A DNA stretch of 64,000 nucleotides from Marsupella aquatica (Eukaryota; Plantae; Marchantiophyta): positions 10,881,874 to 10,945,873 of the forward strand of contig OZ316894.1 in assembly GCA_973895155.1 (NCBI GenBank), given 5' to 3'. The position numbers and the translations under genes are program-made. The notes beneath the pieces are model-generated. The model was given only the letters and a program-made list of their open reading frames with translations. It did no database searches and was not told the origin of the DNA. How positions within the stretch are numbered: the first letter of the stretch is position 1; each line of letters opens with the position of its first letter. Positions 24,136-37,771 of the stretch are shown here, in pieces.

Positions 24136-27100
24136 TGGATTTGAAAGACACTGCAAAAAAAGTGCGTGGTGGAGCTTCTGATGTGGCTAGGAAGGTCACT
24201 GAGAATCGAGTAGTTGTTGAAGCCATTGGAGAACCGGTAAAGGTTTCTGTAAAACAAGAGGATGTTGAAACTAGTTTACCATTTGCGTTGGACACGAGAA
24301 ATAAAGAGGGTGGTGAATCTGCGGTGCGTGGTGACGGAACTGGAGTCGGAATGCATGATGGAGCTTCTGAAGGGAACATGGAGGCTCCCGAAAAGAAATT
24401 GGATGACGGAGGTATTGAGTTGCATGTAAAACTTCCTCCGAAGCAAGCAGATATTGAAGCTAAAGGAATCGGAGAAGGGCGCTCTGATAAAAAAATGGAC
24501 ATTGACAGTACAAGAAAGTGCATGGGGGGCATTATAAAAAGAAGTGATATTGAAACTTCTGTGGAGCTAGGGCAGGTCACAGGAAAGCAACTTAATGGTG
24601 AAGCCATTGGCGTTCCAAAGCCGTCTGTAAGAAGAATTATTGCTTTCGCTGAGGTGACAACCGAAACTCAAGAAAATGGCGCTAAGCTCTCCGAGCTACC
24701 TGTAAAGGCCAGGTACTTGGTTCTTTGGTCTTCCAAGGTTGTTCGTGAATGTTGGTAATGAATGTGGAGTGTAACATATGTAGTTCTTGGGAGGTACTTG
24801 ACAAGTGTGCCGTTTGGAACTGTGACGTGCTTCTTCTTGATTTTTTTCGGACTTGAGGTTTATCCGAGAGAATGACAATGTCTCCATTTGTGGAGTATTG
24901 CCTAGGGGTGCTATCTAGTATCAAGATGACCAAGTGCAAATATTTCATTAACTCAGTTTTTAGCCTCAGGACATCATAACTTCGGGCTTCCCAGTCCACT
25001 TTTGTAGTCAGTGTTTCAATTATCTTTTTGACTGATAGCAGAGTAGTTTTGATCTACTTAGAAAGATAAAGCTCTCTCTTGACTTGAAGACCGAGATGCG
25101 CGTCTGAGTGCTCTATAATAGGGAGACACCGGACTGCATCGCTCAAGAGGAATGGACGTTGCAATTAGTAGAGTGCATGTTGAAGTTTCTGAAAGAATGG
25201 TAAATGGATGTTGATTTTAGGGGACTGCATGTTGAGGTCTCTGAGAAGAAGGTTGGTGTCGAAGCAACAGAAGCATGCGAGAAGGCTGCTGACAAGGAAG
25301 TGGACGTTGTAGCTACTGAAGTTCGTTCTGTTACTGTTAAAAGAATAGCCCCTACACCTGAGGTGATATCGGGAAGTCTGGAAGCTCAGGGTATGATATC
25401 TGAGGTTCCTTTGGTTAGCAGGTATATTCCCAAGTCTTGCATGAGATGAACAGCGTACTTCTTAAACAAGAAATCGAAAACAATGTGAAGACCTCTGTGA
25501 CATGTAGTTTCCACCGCTAATTTTATTGCTTAAGTGTAACAGGCTAACCGAGCAGGAACTTAATAGGGTTATTGGGCTGGTATAGGGTTGGGTTCCAGAG
25601 TTCTGCTGATGCAGATGATGGAGACAGCGAGTCTCCAGGGGAAGATCTGGATATTGTGACAGACGATGAGACTTCCGGGTCGCAGGGGCATGTTTCATAT
25701 GAGAGCGATGAGGAAGATGCAGGAGACTCCTCAAATAGTCTGGGAGAGGTAATTAACACTCTGAGTGCGGTTTCATTCTGCCCGGAGAAACAAGTTTATT
25801 TGAGGCTTGACTGGTTGATTGAATGAATGAATAAGTATGAAGTCAATGGGGACCCGATTGGGATCTGTGTTCTGTTTTTGTCAGTATGTTGCTCCTCGCT
25901 GAAAATATATTTCTGGCGTTTCAAACACGCTCCAGTTCGTTTCAACGTCTTCAGTTTGTGTCAGGGTCTTCTTTTACTTCACAGGGTAATAGTAGTTTGT
26001 CTCTCATTCCCTTAACGAGCCACCATCGCAGGAGGACTTAGGACAAGCAGTAGAGATGCATCTGTCAGCACCTGGACACGTTTCCAGTGGAGTACTCGGA
26101 ATCAATCACTCATGCTCTAAGTCAAAGAGGATGGAGTGTACTAGAGACAATTATATCGTCACCTTCCTCATAGAGTTCGACAATTTGAAGTAGATGGCAC
26201 CAGGCTGGCATGCAGAACGTTTAACTGCGTATCGCCTCAAGAGCACGTTTTGTGGGACCTTTTTATAGATGCCTCAAGGATTTTTACTTTCCTGCATTGC
26301 GTCTGTCCAGGAGAACCGTAGTGAGCAGGTACCCCCGGCGGGTGTGCCAGTATTCTGATAAAGTTGGCGACTTGCTTTTTGACGGTGTAATTCGGAGATC
26401 CTTGCTCATCGTTGATGGGACCAATTTTTTTGTCTAGGTACCTCTCAAGGATGAAGACTTGCAGCAGGTGGTGGATCAGCTATTGAAAGTCGAGAGCGAG
26501 GTAGTTTTAGGGAATCGGAATAGAAGCCAGAAGATGTTCATGTCCATAAGCATTTCTGTTCGTTGTCCTTTTCTCTCTTGATATGACTTGTAGTGGATTG
26601 TCCCTGTCATACATTATTTCTCGCAGAAAAGGGGCTTTAATATGGCTTCCAAACACTTCGTATATAATTAGAATGCTGCACTTGATGGACACATTGCAGG
26701 CGGCTGAGGCTCAGGAGAAGCTGGAAGAAGAGTCTATTACATCTGTGAGGGATGAAGTGAAGGCAGAATTGGCTGAAAAATTATCTGGGTTGGAGGTACA
26801 TTCAAAAAACTTAATAGGTGGCCATAGGATCGACTTGCCTCTTTCAGTCATTGGAGTTATTGTGTACCCGGTTGATCATAAGGTTTAATCTGTCGTATCT
26901 TTGATTGTGGACGTCGGGATTTTTGCAGCTCGATGCTGCTGTTGAAGAAGAGCTACAAACATATATTGCGGAATGGGAGGACGTCTATGAAGATTTACAG
27001 GAGGAGAGCTCTCTCTTACAGGTCTAAAATTGAATAATGAAGTTTGCTGCTCAATCCATTTTGCGTCAGAATCAGAACTACGAAAAACACGTTCGTTAAC

Positions 27101-30100
27101 TTGGTTTTTTCTGTCTGGAAAGTCTATTGTTTCTTCCAATTGCTTTTCATAAAGCCATGGTAAATGCTAAATTGTAGCAGATGTCGACATCTTTAGTCCT
27201 TTTGGGTCTTGTTGTTTCACTCGTCTGCTGGAGTAGAGTCTGCGCGACGTTCTTGAGGATTTTGTACTGCTATTTCTCTCAATATGTATGTGAGACGATT
27301 CCACTGACTTGGATGTTACAGGAGAAACTTGAGGATGCTGGTGTATATCTTCCAGCTCTTTTTAGGGGGATCGAGAAACAAGCCCTTGAAGGTTGTAGCA
27401 CTGAGGCATGGAAACAGAGAACACATTGGGCTGGCCATCAGCCCACTCAGGAGGTTGAAGTTGTCGTCAAACGAGCGGAAGAAGAGCTCGAAATACGGCA
27501 TCCTACTCGAAGGTAGTGATGGACAGCTTTTGTCTCATTTGTACGGTGATATACTTTTGATCTTCAGAGTATTATCAGTTTGATCGAGGTTGGCTGGTCT
27601 ATGTTATTATGGCAACCCTCTTAATATGGATATCTGGACTGTCGCTGATGAGGCTATAGTTTCTGAAGCCCAATCACACGCTTAAGAAGTTTTGGACTTT
27701 GGTCTGTGGATTCTGTGTCTGACTATAAAATCTGCACTGTAAATGCTTTTCCCACATAAGGATGAATATTTATCATAAAAAATGAAAAGTATGCCTTTAC
27801 TGAATAGTTGCTTGGTGGTATAATTCTAAGGATAGATACATGGTCGTCACCCGGTCGTAAAGTTTGTCCTAAATTGTAACGTTATTTTTAGTGCAGTCAG
27901 CGTGGGAGGCTCGTAGATGAGGGAGCAAGTGGGTTCCTGGAACGAAAACTTGCTGCCGAGGGTGGCGATAATGGTGTAGTAGGCACATCGAAGTTTGAGC
28001 ATGCAGATGATAATGGTTGGTCAAAAGTTGATGACTTTCTAGATGACGAGGAAATACCTCGAGCAGGTGCTCTGATGGGTACGAAGAGATGGGCAGCTGT
28101 CTATCTTGCTTCTACTCCAGAGCAAGCAGTGCTTCTCGGACTTGCCTTACCTGGAGTAGACACTGTACGTCTAATCCTACTCTGCCAATGAGTATTGTTT
28201 TTGAGTACCACTTGTCACCTTGGTGGTGCTAAGGATGCAAATTGTTGTAGTATTCCACAGAGAACAAAAGTTGCATTCACAGTTTGATAGACAGTTGGGA
28301 GATCCAGACCGTGTCATGTTGATGTCTGTTTACTCGTACGGTTTAGTTAGTGATTTCTCGAAATATTGTAGGTGGAGGAAATTGGCGATATCGAGGCAGG
28401 TCATTCGAAATTCAAAGCCGCGTTTGCAAATGAGAAGGAGCGAGGATTGACAGACCAGCAGAGGATGTCCATAAAGAAGGTTTGACCATAACTCTACAAT
28501 GTTCTCAATTTGGATCAGTCACTTTCCTTGGACCTGCTGTCAATCCAATGCGTTTTCCATCAGAATGAACGTTTACTTGAAAACTATATTTGTGTATGGT
28601 CTGGCAGGTGCGGGATGAAGATGATGTGAAACGAAGTCGAAAATTACAAAAGACGCAATGGAAAAGGTCTAAGCACATGAAAAATTCATTGGAGGTATTT
28701 TTCCGGCATGTAAAAACCCTTGCATGGAGGAACTTCGAACATTCTAGATTCTGAAGAAATGCGTTGCCCCCGGTTGTCGAGAACCAGGATAAGTTAGTCT
28801 TGATAGGTGCCTAAAGTCTATCAATCAATTACAGCTTTTCGGTTTTTTTCAAATTTCCTTTTTCCTAAATGGTTTTTAATTTAGTTTTATGAAAGACAGT
28901 GAATCAATTGTGTCAAGGAAATGCGTACGGTCAGCTTTACCGTTCCGTGAATATCACATGTATATGTCAGTTTGTAATATGATAGTTAGCTCAGTAAAAA
29001 TTTTAAGATTCCGAAAACAATGCTTCCATCGGATGAGGTAGATGATACCCCTGTATGAGATGCATATTCTGCCGTTGACCATAACTAATCATTAGTTTTT
29101 GTTAACTCATTCAGGAGGGTCGAGCTGAGCTGACTGGCCAAGTTACCAGGCAGCTGAAGAAGCTTATAGAACAGAGTCCTTTAGGCAGTAACAATGGAGA
29201 GCCAGAAAGGGGGGGAAAACAGAGGACTGCAGAAAGTGGGTCAGATGTCAATGGTCTTCTAACTGACAATGAAGGTGCTCAGGCAGTAGCATCCAAAGGT
29301 CGATCAGGTCATGTTAAGGAGCTATATGGAAATAACGGTGGAACAGTGATTAAGACGGCTCCTCGTGAGGATGGTATGGAACTTGGCAGTAATAGAATAG
29401 AATCAGGATGTCATTTGGTTGAAGATGACATTACCCCACATGCCTTGTCCAAGGTTACTCGAAGTGAAGAAGGTGCAAGAGGCGCAGATCTCAATGGTAC
29501 ATTGATACACGATGCTCATGGGACAAGAGAAGAACCTGACAATGAAGGGCTGATTATGATGGCTTCAAACAGGACCGACCCTCCTGATGCTTTAGAAGAG
29601 ATGCCTAGTGTGCAAGTTGTAACACCAGCCCCGGTGTTGAGCGACCGGAGGAAGAAACGGGCTTACGATGATGAACGCCAGGAGAATAATATTGACGACG
29701 AATTGACACCAAAGAGGTGCAAGAGCGTCAATGCAGATAAGATATCTCAAGGGAGCCACAAAGAAGTGCCACCAGCGAATTCTGACGGCCGACGAAATGA
29801 TGAACAGAATCTTAACTCCCCAATCCCGATTGTATCGTACAGGACAACCGTTGTAATTGATAGTGATGGAGAAAGGGAAATCGAAGAGGCTGTGGCGGAG
29901 AATAAAAGACTCGGTAGCGCACCTTCTAGATCACATTCCACTGGTCGGGGCAGTGCTGACAGCTTAGGAGATGTTCGACAGCGGTTATGGCAAACAGATT
30001 CTGTTGGTGATGGCAAAAGGAGAAAGTGGAAACACTCGCCTTTGAAGGAAAAGAAAAATTTTCCTTGCACTGCATGTGGAACACTATTGAGGAAAAAAGA

Positions 30101-33100
30101 TGTTGTAAGACATCCAAAACTTGTTGTTGGGATTTGTAAGCGCTGCAAGAAACATTATCTAAGTGGTCCATTTAAGAAGGTAATGTAAGACAACTATCGA
30201 GCTTCTCTCTCATTCTCTACTTTCAAACAAGAACCTAAAGACCTCGATTATGACTTGCAATTCTTTTAATTGTGCACCTTTTTTAGTGAGTCCGTCATGA
30301 ATGATGATTGATCTAGAATTTCAAATAAGACATTCTGCAGGGTGCAGGTCGAACATGATCTGTACCAATTGGAAGTTCAACTACCCATTGACTTGCATAG
30401 TCGGATGCCTAAGACAGCGCTTATCGCCTACTGAAATTTGTTGATTACACTTATTTGTTCGATGGAATATCCACAGCTGAAGATTATTATGTACTAATCC
30501 CAACTTTTCCTGTTTAGGATAAAGATGGCTCCGACTCCGAGTGCAGTTGGTGTGGGGAAGGGGGTGAAGTTGTTTGTTGTGATAGGTGCGACAAAGTGTT
30601 CTGTCAGGCTTGCATCACACGCAACTTTGGGGCTGCAGAAGCACTGAGAATTGTAACGATGGATGACTGGTTATGCTATTTTTGCAATCCTATGCCGCTG
30701 TCGATTATGACGCGACAGCTAGTAGAGGCTGAGTTAGAAGCTGGGTCAGCGAAAGGTGATATGGAGGCTGGACCTACTGTTCAGGACATACTGACTAACG
30801 CTGTTCAAGAATCCTTCAGGCAAGCCAAGTAAGGATGTCTTAGTTGCAAACTATTGTTCTACCGGCCAGGTTTTCTCGCAAAGCCTGCGCCGAGATATAG
30901 TTTTAGAGTTCAATTTTGGTTCAAAGACCTTCATTGCCCACCACTCAGACAACAATGGTTGATCTAACGGTTTCTTGGTGTCTTCGTCAATAAATTTGTA
31001 CACTAATATTTCTGAACGCAAATATTAGTTTGTCCGAGTCTTTGCGGAATGGATTAAAGCACGATTTCTGATGGCTGTGTCTGTCGATTTGTCCGTGATG
31101 TACACCTTGCTTGAACGGAAGTGACATTTTGATGGTATTGAAGGTTTCACTCATGTTGTGTAGGAAAGGGAGGCACCGGAAAAACATCCGGAAGGTGCTA
31201 GATGATGATGAACTTGAAGAGAAACAAAAGGAAATGGTGGCGCGTGAGAAGGTAAACCCAGTGACTTAGTTCTGTCCATAGTCTACCGTGTTACACCATA
31301 CTTCAGAATCTCATCTTGGAGTAATCTCTATCAGTCAAGAGGGGTTACTTCTGGAAACCCGGCAGATTCCCCTGTCCTAGAATTTGCACCATGTCTGCAG
31401 TCACAATTTCTGAGCCTTATAAGGCTAAGCTGTTGGTGAGATCGATGATGTAGGAGAGGTCCCTCCTTGTCGCATGGTCACATCGAGTTCCAAGTCTGTA
31501 GTTGAATGGGAGGATGCCTTTCATAAACGTGTTGCTTGTCCAAAACTGAGATTGGAGTCATGGTTTGCAGGAACGCCAGGAACGCTTGGAACAGTGGCGA
31601 ACTGCTGCAGGGAACAAGATTCTGTCAAACCCTACTCGGAGGAAGGCTATCGCAAAAGAAGTGCCTGAGACAATTGGGGACGATAGTAGAGATCTGGTCA
31701 ATGTTGCTCGGGCAGAAAATGAAGCACCAGTCAAAATTGATCCCAGTTTGGCCTCTGTGTTGAAGGAGCATCAGGTTAGAAGGGCTTATATGTTACTGTC
31801 ATGGGGACCACTTGCGCTGTGAATTAGGCGAGGATTTTGATCTGAATTCGATGTTATAAACAACTACGGTGAAATGGAACATACGGTGGCCTGTATTCGA
31901 CTGTGAGAATTAGGCTTCTTATATGCTCGACAAGAGTGACCAGTGCGTAATAAACAGTTTGGGATGATCAAGAGTTCTGAGAGGAATTCCTCATATCATT
32001 TGCTACATAGATTATCTATCAACCACACTATTGCCTCTACCTTGAACAACATAACATGTGGTGACTCTGGGATTTGGGTGTTTTCTTTTCCCAGTTGAAG
32101 GGGGTGCGCTTCATGTGGGAGAATTGTATCGTGTCAGAACAGAAGGTTCGGGAAGGCGGTGACAGTTTTGGCTGCATTTTGGCACATAGCATGGGTCTTG
32201 GGAAGACTTTACAGGTAGCTTCGTGACTTTTAACTTGCTGTTTAGTAGAAATGATTGTTTTCTCTTGTTATTTTGAAGCATTCAGGGTTTAAAGTTGTAG
32301 CAACTTGAAGCCTTTGGAAGCAGCGGTGGATGCGTGTGGCTCCATGAATATCACATTGTCATTAATGGAGAACTTTAGCCTAGGCAAAGGCTTGAATGGA
32401 AAACTTTCAACCAGCTTCAACCTTCCATGACATGTCAAAGCTACAAGAAGCTCTTCAGTGGTGATGTTGCACGCAATTTTTAGCTAGGTACAGCTGCAGT
32501 TAGATGCAGAGCTGAGAGAAGATATGTAAGGAAGTCAGATATCCAGGATTTCTTAAATTGTGGAAAATGTTTACAGGTCATAACTTTCATACACACGGTA
32601 CTCAACCGAAATCTAGGGTTGACAACGGCGCTCATTGTGGTCCCTGTGAATGTCCTCCACAATTGGAGAAGAGAGTTTGAAATCTGGCAAGCAGAAGTCT
32701 CCAATCCTGTATCTGTTTTTATGCTCGAAGATTCCACTCGGTAATGTTTGGATCCATTCTCTCTTCCTCTCTGTATATCATTCTTATGATTGGATGCTTA
32801 AGCGGTTGAGAAGCGCCTCATAAGTTTTATCGCGTGCAGTGAGAACTCGAGGCGAGCTGCGGTACTTAGCCAATGGAAGGAAGATGGAGGAGTCATGCTG
32901 ATTGGCTATGCAGCATTTCGCAATCTTTCTCTTGGAAAGCATGTCAGGGACAAATCAACAAGGGATGAACTATGCCAAGCATTGCAGGTACCCAAGTCAA
33001 TGTGACGGTTTTTGTATAATGTGTGCTCCTGGTTCACGTGTCTCTCATTTGTCAGATGTCAAGTTGTGAATTTAAGCTTTCCCATGCGTTTCACATATGT

Positions 33101-36100
33101 TGTGAAGCTTGTAAGCTGTAGCAGTCAGAATGTCATTGTTCACTATGAGAACCAGACAAGCTCTCAGGATTCGTGGGCAATAGAAATGTCATTGTGTGGC
33201 TGTCGAAGGCATGTGAGGCCTGCCTAAAATCAGCGTTAGGATGCCTCAGCTGATGTATGAACTTCTTGTAAAATGCTGAAATGAATGAGTAGTTTATTCC
33301 CTCAAAGTAGATGATCAGCAGTGAATCTGCTCGACACGGAAGAGCTTAATTGACAACTATTGTATGGCTGCAGAACCCAGGGCCTGACTTGTTAGTTTGC
33401 GACGAAGCTCATACTATAAAGAACACAAAAGCAGATATCACTCAGGTTCTGAAGCAAGTGAAGACACGGCGCAGAATCGCTTTGACTGGATCTCCTCTGC
33501 AGAACAATCTGATGGAATATTACTGCGTACGTGTCCAGATAGTTTGCCAACTTGTCGCCTTTTCATGCGTGTCAGGAATGAACAGTAGTCTTCCTATTAT
33601 CTTCCTATCACATATGTTGTCCAAACATTCCACGAAAGTCTACTGTTATTTTAGCTGTTGTCCACGAGGGTAATGTGAATCGCTTGAACTTATCACAGAT
33701 GGTGGACTTCGTGAGGGAGGGTTTCCTCGGAACCCCGCACGTTTTTAAGAACAGGTCAGGAAATTGAGTTTTTCCCTGTGACTCATCAACTTATTTTCTC
33801 ATGCGAGAGTAAGATTCTTTGCGGGTTATCACATTATCAAGTCTTTGTCATGCATGGGTTGGATGTGTAGGTTGCCCTAAGTCTCGTGCATCAACTTTTT
33901 GTGCCAGACACTGATGGTACTCGCCATGTCTTCCAGGTTTCAAAATCCGATTGAAAATGGACAGCTTGCAGACTCAACAACACACGATGTGAAGCTCATG
34001 AAACAACGAGCCCATGTTCTGCATGAAGAACTGAAGGGATTTGTACAACGCATGAACACGAGTGTCCTCAAAGATGAACTGCCTCCCAAATGTGTATATG
34101 TGATATCTGTGAGGCTCTCACCTATTCAGCGGAAGCTATATACACATTATCTTCAGGTCCATGGGTTGCTGCAGGATGAAAATGAAGTTATGGAGGATAA
34201 GTCTCAACGTAAATATCTGTTCCACGCGTATCATGCTTTGGCAAAGGTGCGAATTTGTCATTATCTATTTTTACTTGCCGTAAGCCTTTTCTTTGTCCAG
34301 CCTGTCAGATGATGAGAAATTTCACGTCACGGTACAGGTCAGGGTTTCTCACTTAAGAAAACGTCTATCAGTCAGAGAAATCAATAGGTCTGCAGACATT
34401 GTTTTCCTTACGTGATTAAATCTTTTCAAATCCAAACAACGGCTATGTTGCTTGTCCAGGTGCATAAGTTGTCTGTGACGCCTTCACTTTCTGCTCGAAA
34501 GTTGATATAGTTAGTGGCCCGTTTTCTGAATCAAGTGCCAGATCGACCGCGTTTTTCAATTTTTTGCTGTTTGGACGTTCAGGTTTGGAATCACCCGGAC
34601 CTCCTGCTACTTGCGGAGGAAGAAGCCAATAAGAAACAAGAAGACTATGTGGATGACTTCATGGCAGACTCTGAGGAAGAGAAGTTTAGCGACAACGAAA
34701 TTGGTGCTGAGGGTGTCTCAAGTAAGCACCAAATTTGCTACTCCTTGTGAATCTGGATTTGTTTCAATTACGTGTAAGAAACGTATTTTATTCCCAATCT
34801 CTCGCCATTATGGTTTACCTGCTCCTCCCCCTCCCTGCCCCCACTCTGCCATTCCTCCAGAGGTACAGTTTGGAGAATGAGAAAGTTCTGACAAAATTCA
34901 ACCTAGAAACTAGTGAGACAAAAATTGAACTCAACTTGAGCAGTTTCGAAAGGATAATTTGCGTGAAAACTCTAGTTGTTCCGAACAATCACCTTCATTT
35001 GTATGGTGGCGTTTGTCATGCCAAATATTTACTTCTACGATTCGCGATAAGAATTTCGTGTCAGCCATAAACCATTTTTGGTTCGTCCTTACAACAAATG
35101 AAAGCTCAGCTATTTGAGCATAGTCTTCCCTGATTTGAAGTTGTTGGTCTTTACTTCCTTATTCAATCTATGACCATGATGTGTTCACAAACTTTATTTT
35201 ACGGTAATATGGTTTAAAATTCTGGTCTTTGTCTGCAGAAGGAAAGGTTAAAGTTTCAAGTGGTCATCGCCAGTTGAAGAAGAAGGGGAGCACTGAGCTA
35301 GATGAGGTTAGTTTAAGTCGTCCTGCGGTTTTCTTAATTCAGGTTGTTGTTTTACTCGTTTTTGGTTAAGATCCATATGAAGCCAAGAGAACATGGCGAG
35401 TATAGAGCTTTGTACGATGCTAATTAGGATTTTGGTTGATTTACTCATTATTTGGATGTCTTCGTCAGCTGGAAAAACCATTATGGTGGAAAGGAGTGAT
35501 ACCAGAAGATTATGCTCGAGAAGAGGTGGAGGTGAGTGGCAAGATGGTGTTGCTACTAAGGCTGCTCGCAATGAGTTCTCGCAGAGGGGATAAGGCTCTC
35601 ATTTTCAGTCAGAGCTTGGGTACTTTGGGAATGATTGAGAAGTTTCTTGAGAGAAGGATTCTCCTGGAACCTAATGGAACGTACTGGGAACGAGACAAGC
35701 ATTGGTACAGGTAAAAATTATTGTATCTAATCCAAGTTAACTCTGTTGTAGGGGTCCTTCGTATTGTGAGTGAAGTTTGAAGTGCAGAACGTTTGTTCTG
35801 TGCTGCTCGTAGATAGGAAGTTATGTCCTCCTTTGCATCCAGATCTCCCATATGTTATTCTTCATTGTTGGACAAACTAATGGTATACAAAGGTGTTCAC
35901 AACCAGCCCGATTTTGTGTGGAGATTATAAAGCCCAGCACTAGGTACAAATGTGTGGAACTAACTCAAATGTTTGAATCCAAGCAGGCTTGATGGGAGTA
36001 CTCCTGCAGCATCTCGAATGCAGATGTGTGAAAGATTCAATGATCCTAAGAACACATCAGTAAAGTGTGTTCTAATTTCCACTCGTGCGGGGTCTCTTGG

Positions 36101-37771
36101 GATCAACTTACCTGCTGCAAATCGTGTGATCATTGTTGATGGATCTTGGAATCCCACTCATGACCTGCAGGCTCTCTTTCGTGCATGGAGGTAAGAGCAT
36201 GGCTAACCAACTTGCTTCCCATGGCTTTCTTACATTTAGTTTTACTCGGAGACGTACGGTGTGAAGTGATTTGGCTTTCCACAAGCGCAAGGTACTTCAA
36301 AAGGAGTTTTGAATTCTACATCCTACGAGTTGTTGAAGATTTGTCTTAAACTTCACTATAGGCCTGCCGTAGCCGCTTGGGACGTACACAGACACCTCGA
36401 ATGTTTTTCTATTCCTTGCACTGAATTTCTTCACAATGCCGATGGTCAATCATGCGATCCCAAGTTCCTTACATGAGTAGGATTTGGAGAACTTAATGTG
36501 CAAAATCTGTTCTAGGATTTTGAAAACTGGAACGAGATTCGGTGATGATCCTGGAAGTGACCATTTTGCAGGTTAGGGCAAAAGAAGCCAGTCTACACAT
36601 ATCGCCTGCTTGCTCATGGAACAATGGAGGAGAAAATCTATAGTCGTCAGGTTAGTATTCTTCGTGCACTGTGTTTGACTAAACTACTGTACTCATTAGC
36701 GGACGGCAGTTTGTTGGGCATGATGTGCTTAAAATTCTAGCCAAGCTTCCTATCAATTCTTCATTACCAGCTTTCCAATCCTTGGATAGCCCTCATTGAA
36801 ATGTTCTCCCCCTTCCTTCTAAATAACGCAGGTTGCGAAAGAAGGAGTGGCTGCAAGAGTACTGGACGAGCAGCAGGTGGGAAGACTATTTGAAGGGAAT
36901 GATTTGGAACACTTATTTAGGCTTGAGGACGATGGAGACGATCTGGTGTTTGAGGAGAGCGAAAAATCTTCAGCTGTTGTAGTTGGGTCAACAGTAAGTC
37001 AACTGAGAATTGGCCCGTCTGGTTCCTTGGTTGGCTCAGTTTCAGTGGGATCTAAAAGCAAGCTTTTAGCGTTTACTCTCCCTATTGACGCGCCCCCACG
37101 AGATGACCTTATGGGAACCCTGCTCATTGAGAATCGTCCTCGGTAAGCCGCAGTTGGTCCCTCGTAATGCCTTAGATCTGATCAATTGCCTAACTGCAAG
37201 TTTTCCAAAATGGGCAATGATCAACAACGCATCCTATGATGTATCAATTTGGACGCGCTGAGTATAGATCCTGTCTTCAAGTTGACGTCAAATTCATTGT
37301 CTAGAATAGATTAGTTCTTCTGAAGCATTTTCTTTGTGATGTTTTTACCAACCTTTTCATAACAGTGTCCTTACCAGTACTATGTCTTGTTTCTCCTTTG
37401 TCAGGTGGGTGGTGAGCTACCATGAGCATGAGCCGCTTCTGGAGCATAGAGAGGAAGAGAACCTTACCACCGAAGAGCAACAAGCTGCCTGGGAGTCGTA
37501 CAAGGTAGAAGGGATGTACGGCATGCAAATCGTACAAAATGTGAGCACAACGGTAATAACGACAACAAGTACGTATACCAACACAGCTGCCACAATCCCT
37601 AAAGTTGGTACTAGCTCTGTGCGGTGCAAACACAGAGATCACGCATCAAAATTAAACGAAAGGAACGCCGGTGTTGGGAAGAAACTCATCTGTGCCACTT
37701 GTTTGCTGCTGATCTCGTGGGAAAATCTTAATGGTGAAGAACCACAAGGCCTTTTACAACCAAGTGGATGA
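24136..37771 (+). CDS. ATRX: ATRX-like SNF2 chromatin remodeller (CHR20): acidic N-terminus, ADD zinc finger, SNF2 ATPase and helicase-C domains; ~26 coding exons, N-terminal exons less certain
   Basis: Approximate exons: 24136-24712, 25221-25421, 25586-25748, 26438-26500, 26700-26795, 26929-27021, 27322-27512, 27897-28165, 28372-28479, 28608-28694, 29115-30179, 30518-30828, 31164-31251, 31571-31774, 32095-32214, 32577-32740, 32840-32987, 33374-33526, 33699-33754, 33937-34246, 34583-34721, 35238-35306, 35470-35710, 35987-36190, 36572-36650, 36832-37142, 37406-37771. Motifs: [36 protein letters not shown]...[12 protein letters not shown]...CCDRC...FCQAC...WLCYFC, Walker [71 protein letters not shown] and [17 protein letters not shown]. 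Confidence 0.95.

Noticed and set aside
24032-24607. Long antisense ORFs (also 29747-30148 and 37301-37642)
   Set aside because: They are shadow frames of ATRX coding exons.
30820-30830. GC donor at ttcag|gcaagc in ATRX
   Set aside because: A canonical GTAAGG donor 9 nt downstream gives the same frame, so a GC site is not required.
36445-36470. miR393*-like string atcatgcgatccc in an ATRX intron
   Set aside because: Only about 12 nt match, and I found no complementary miR393 arm nearby.
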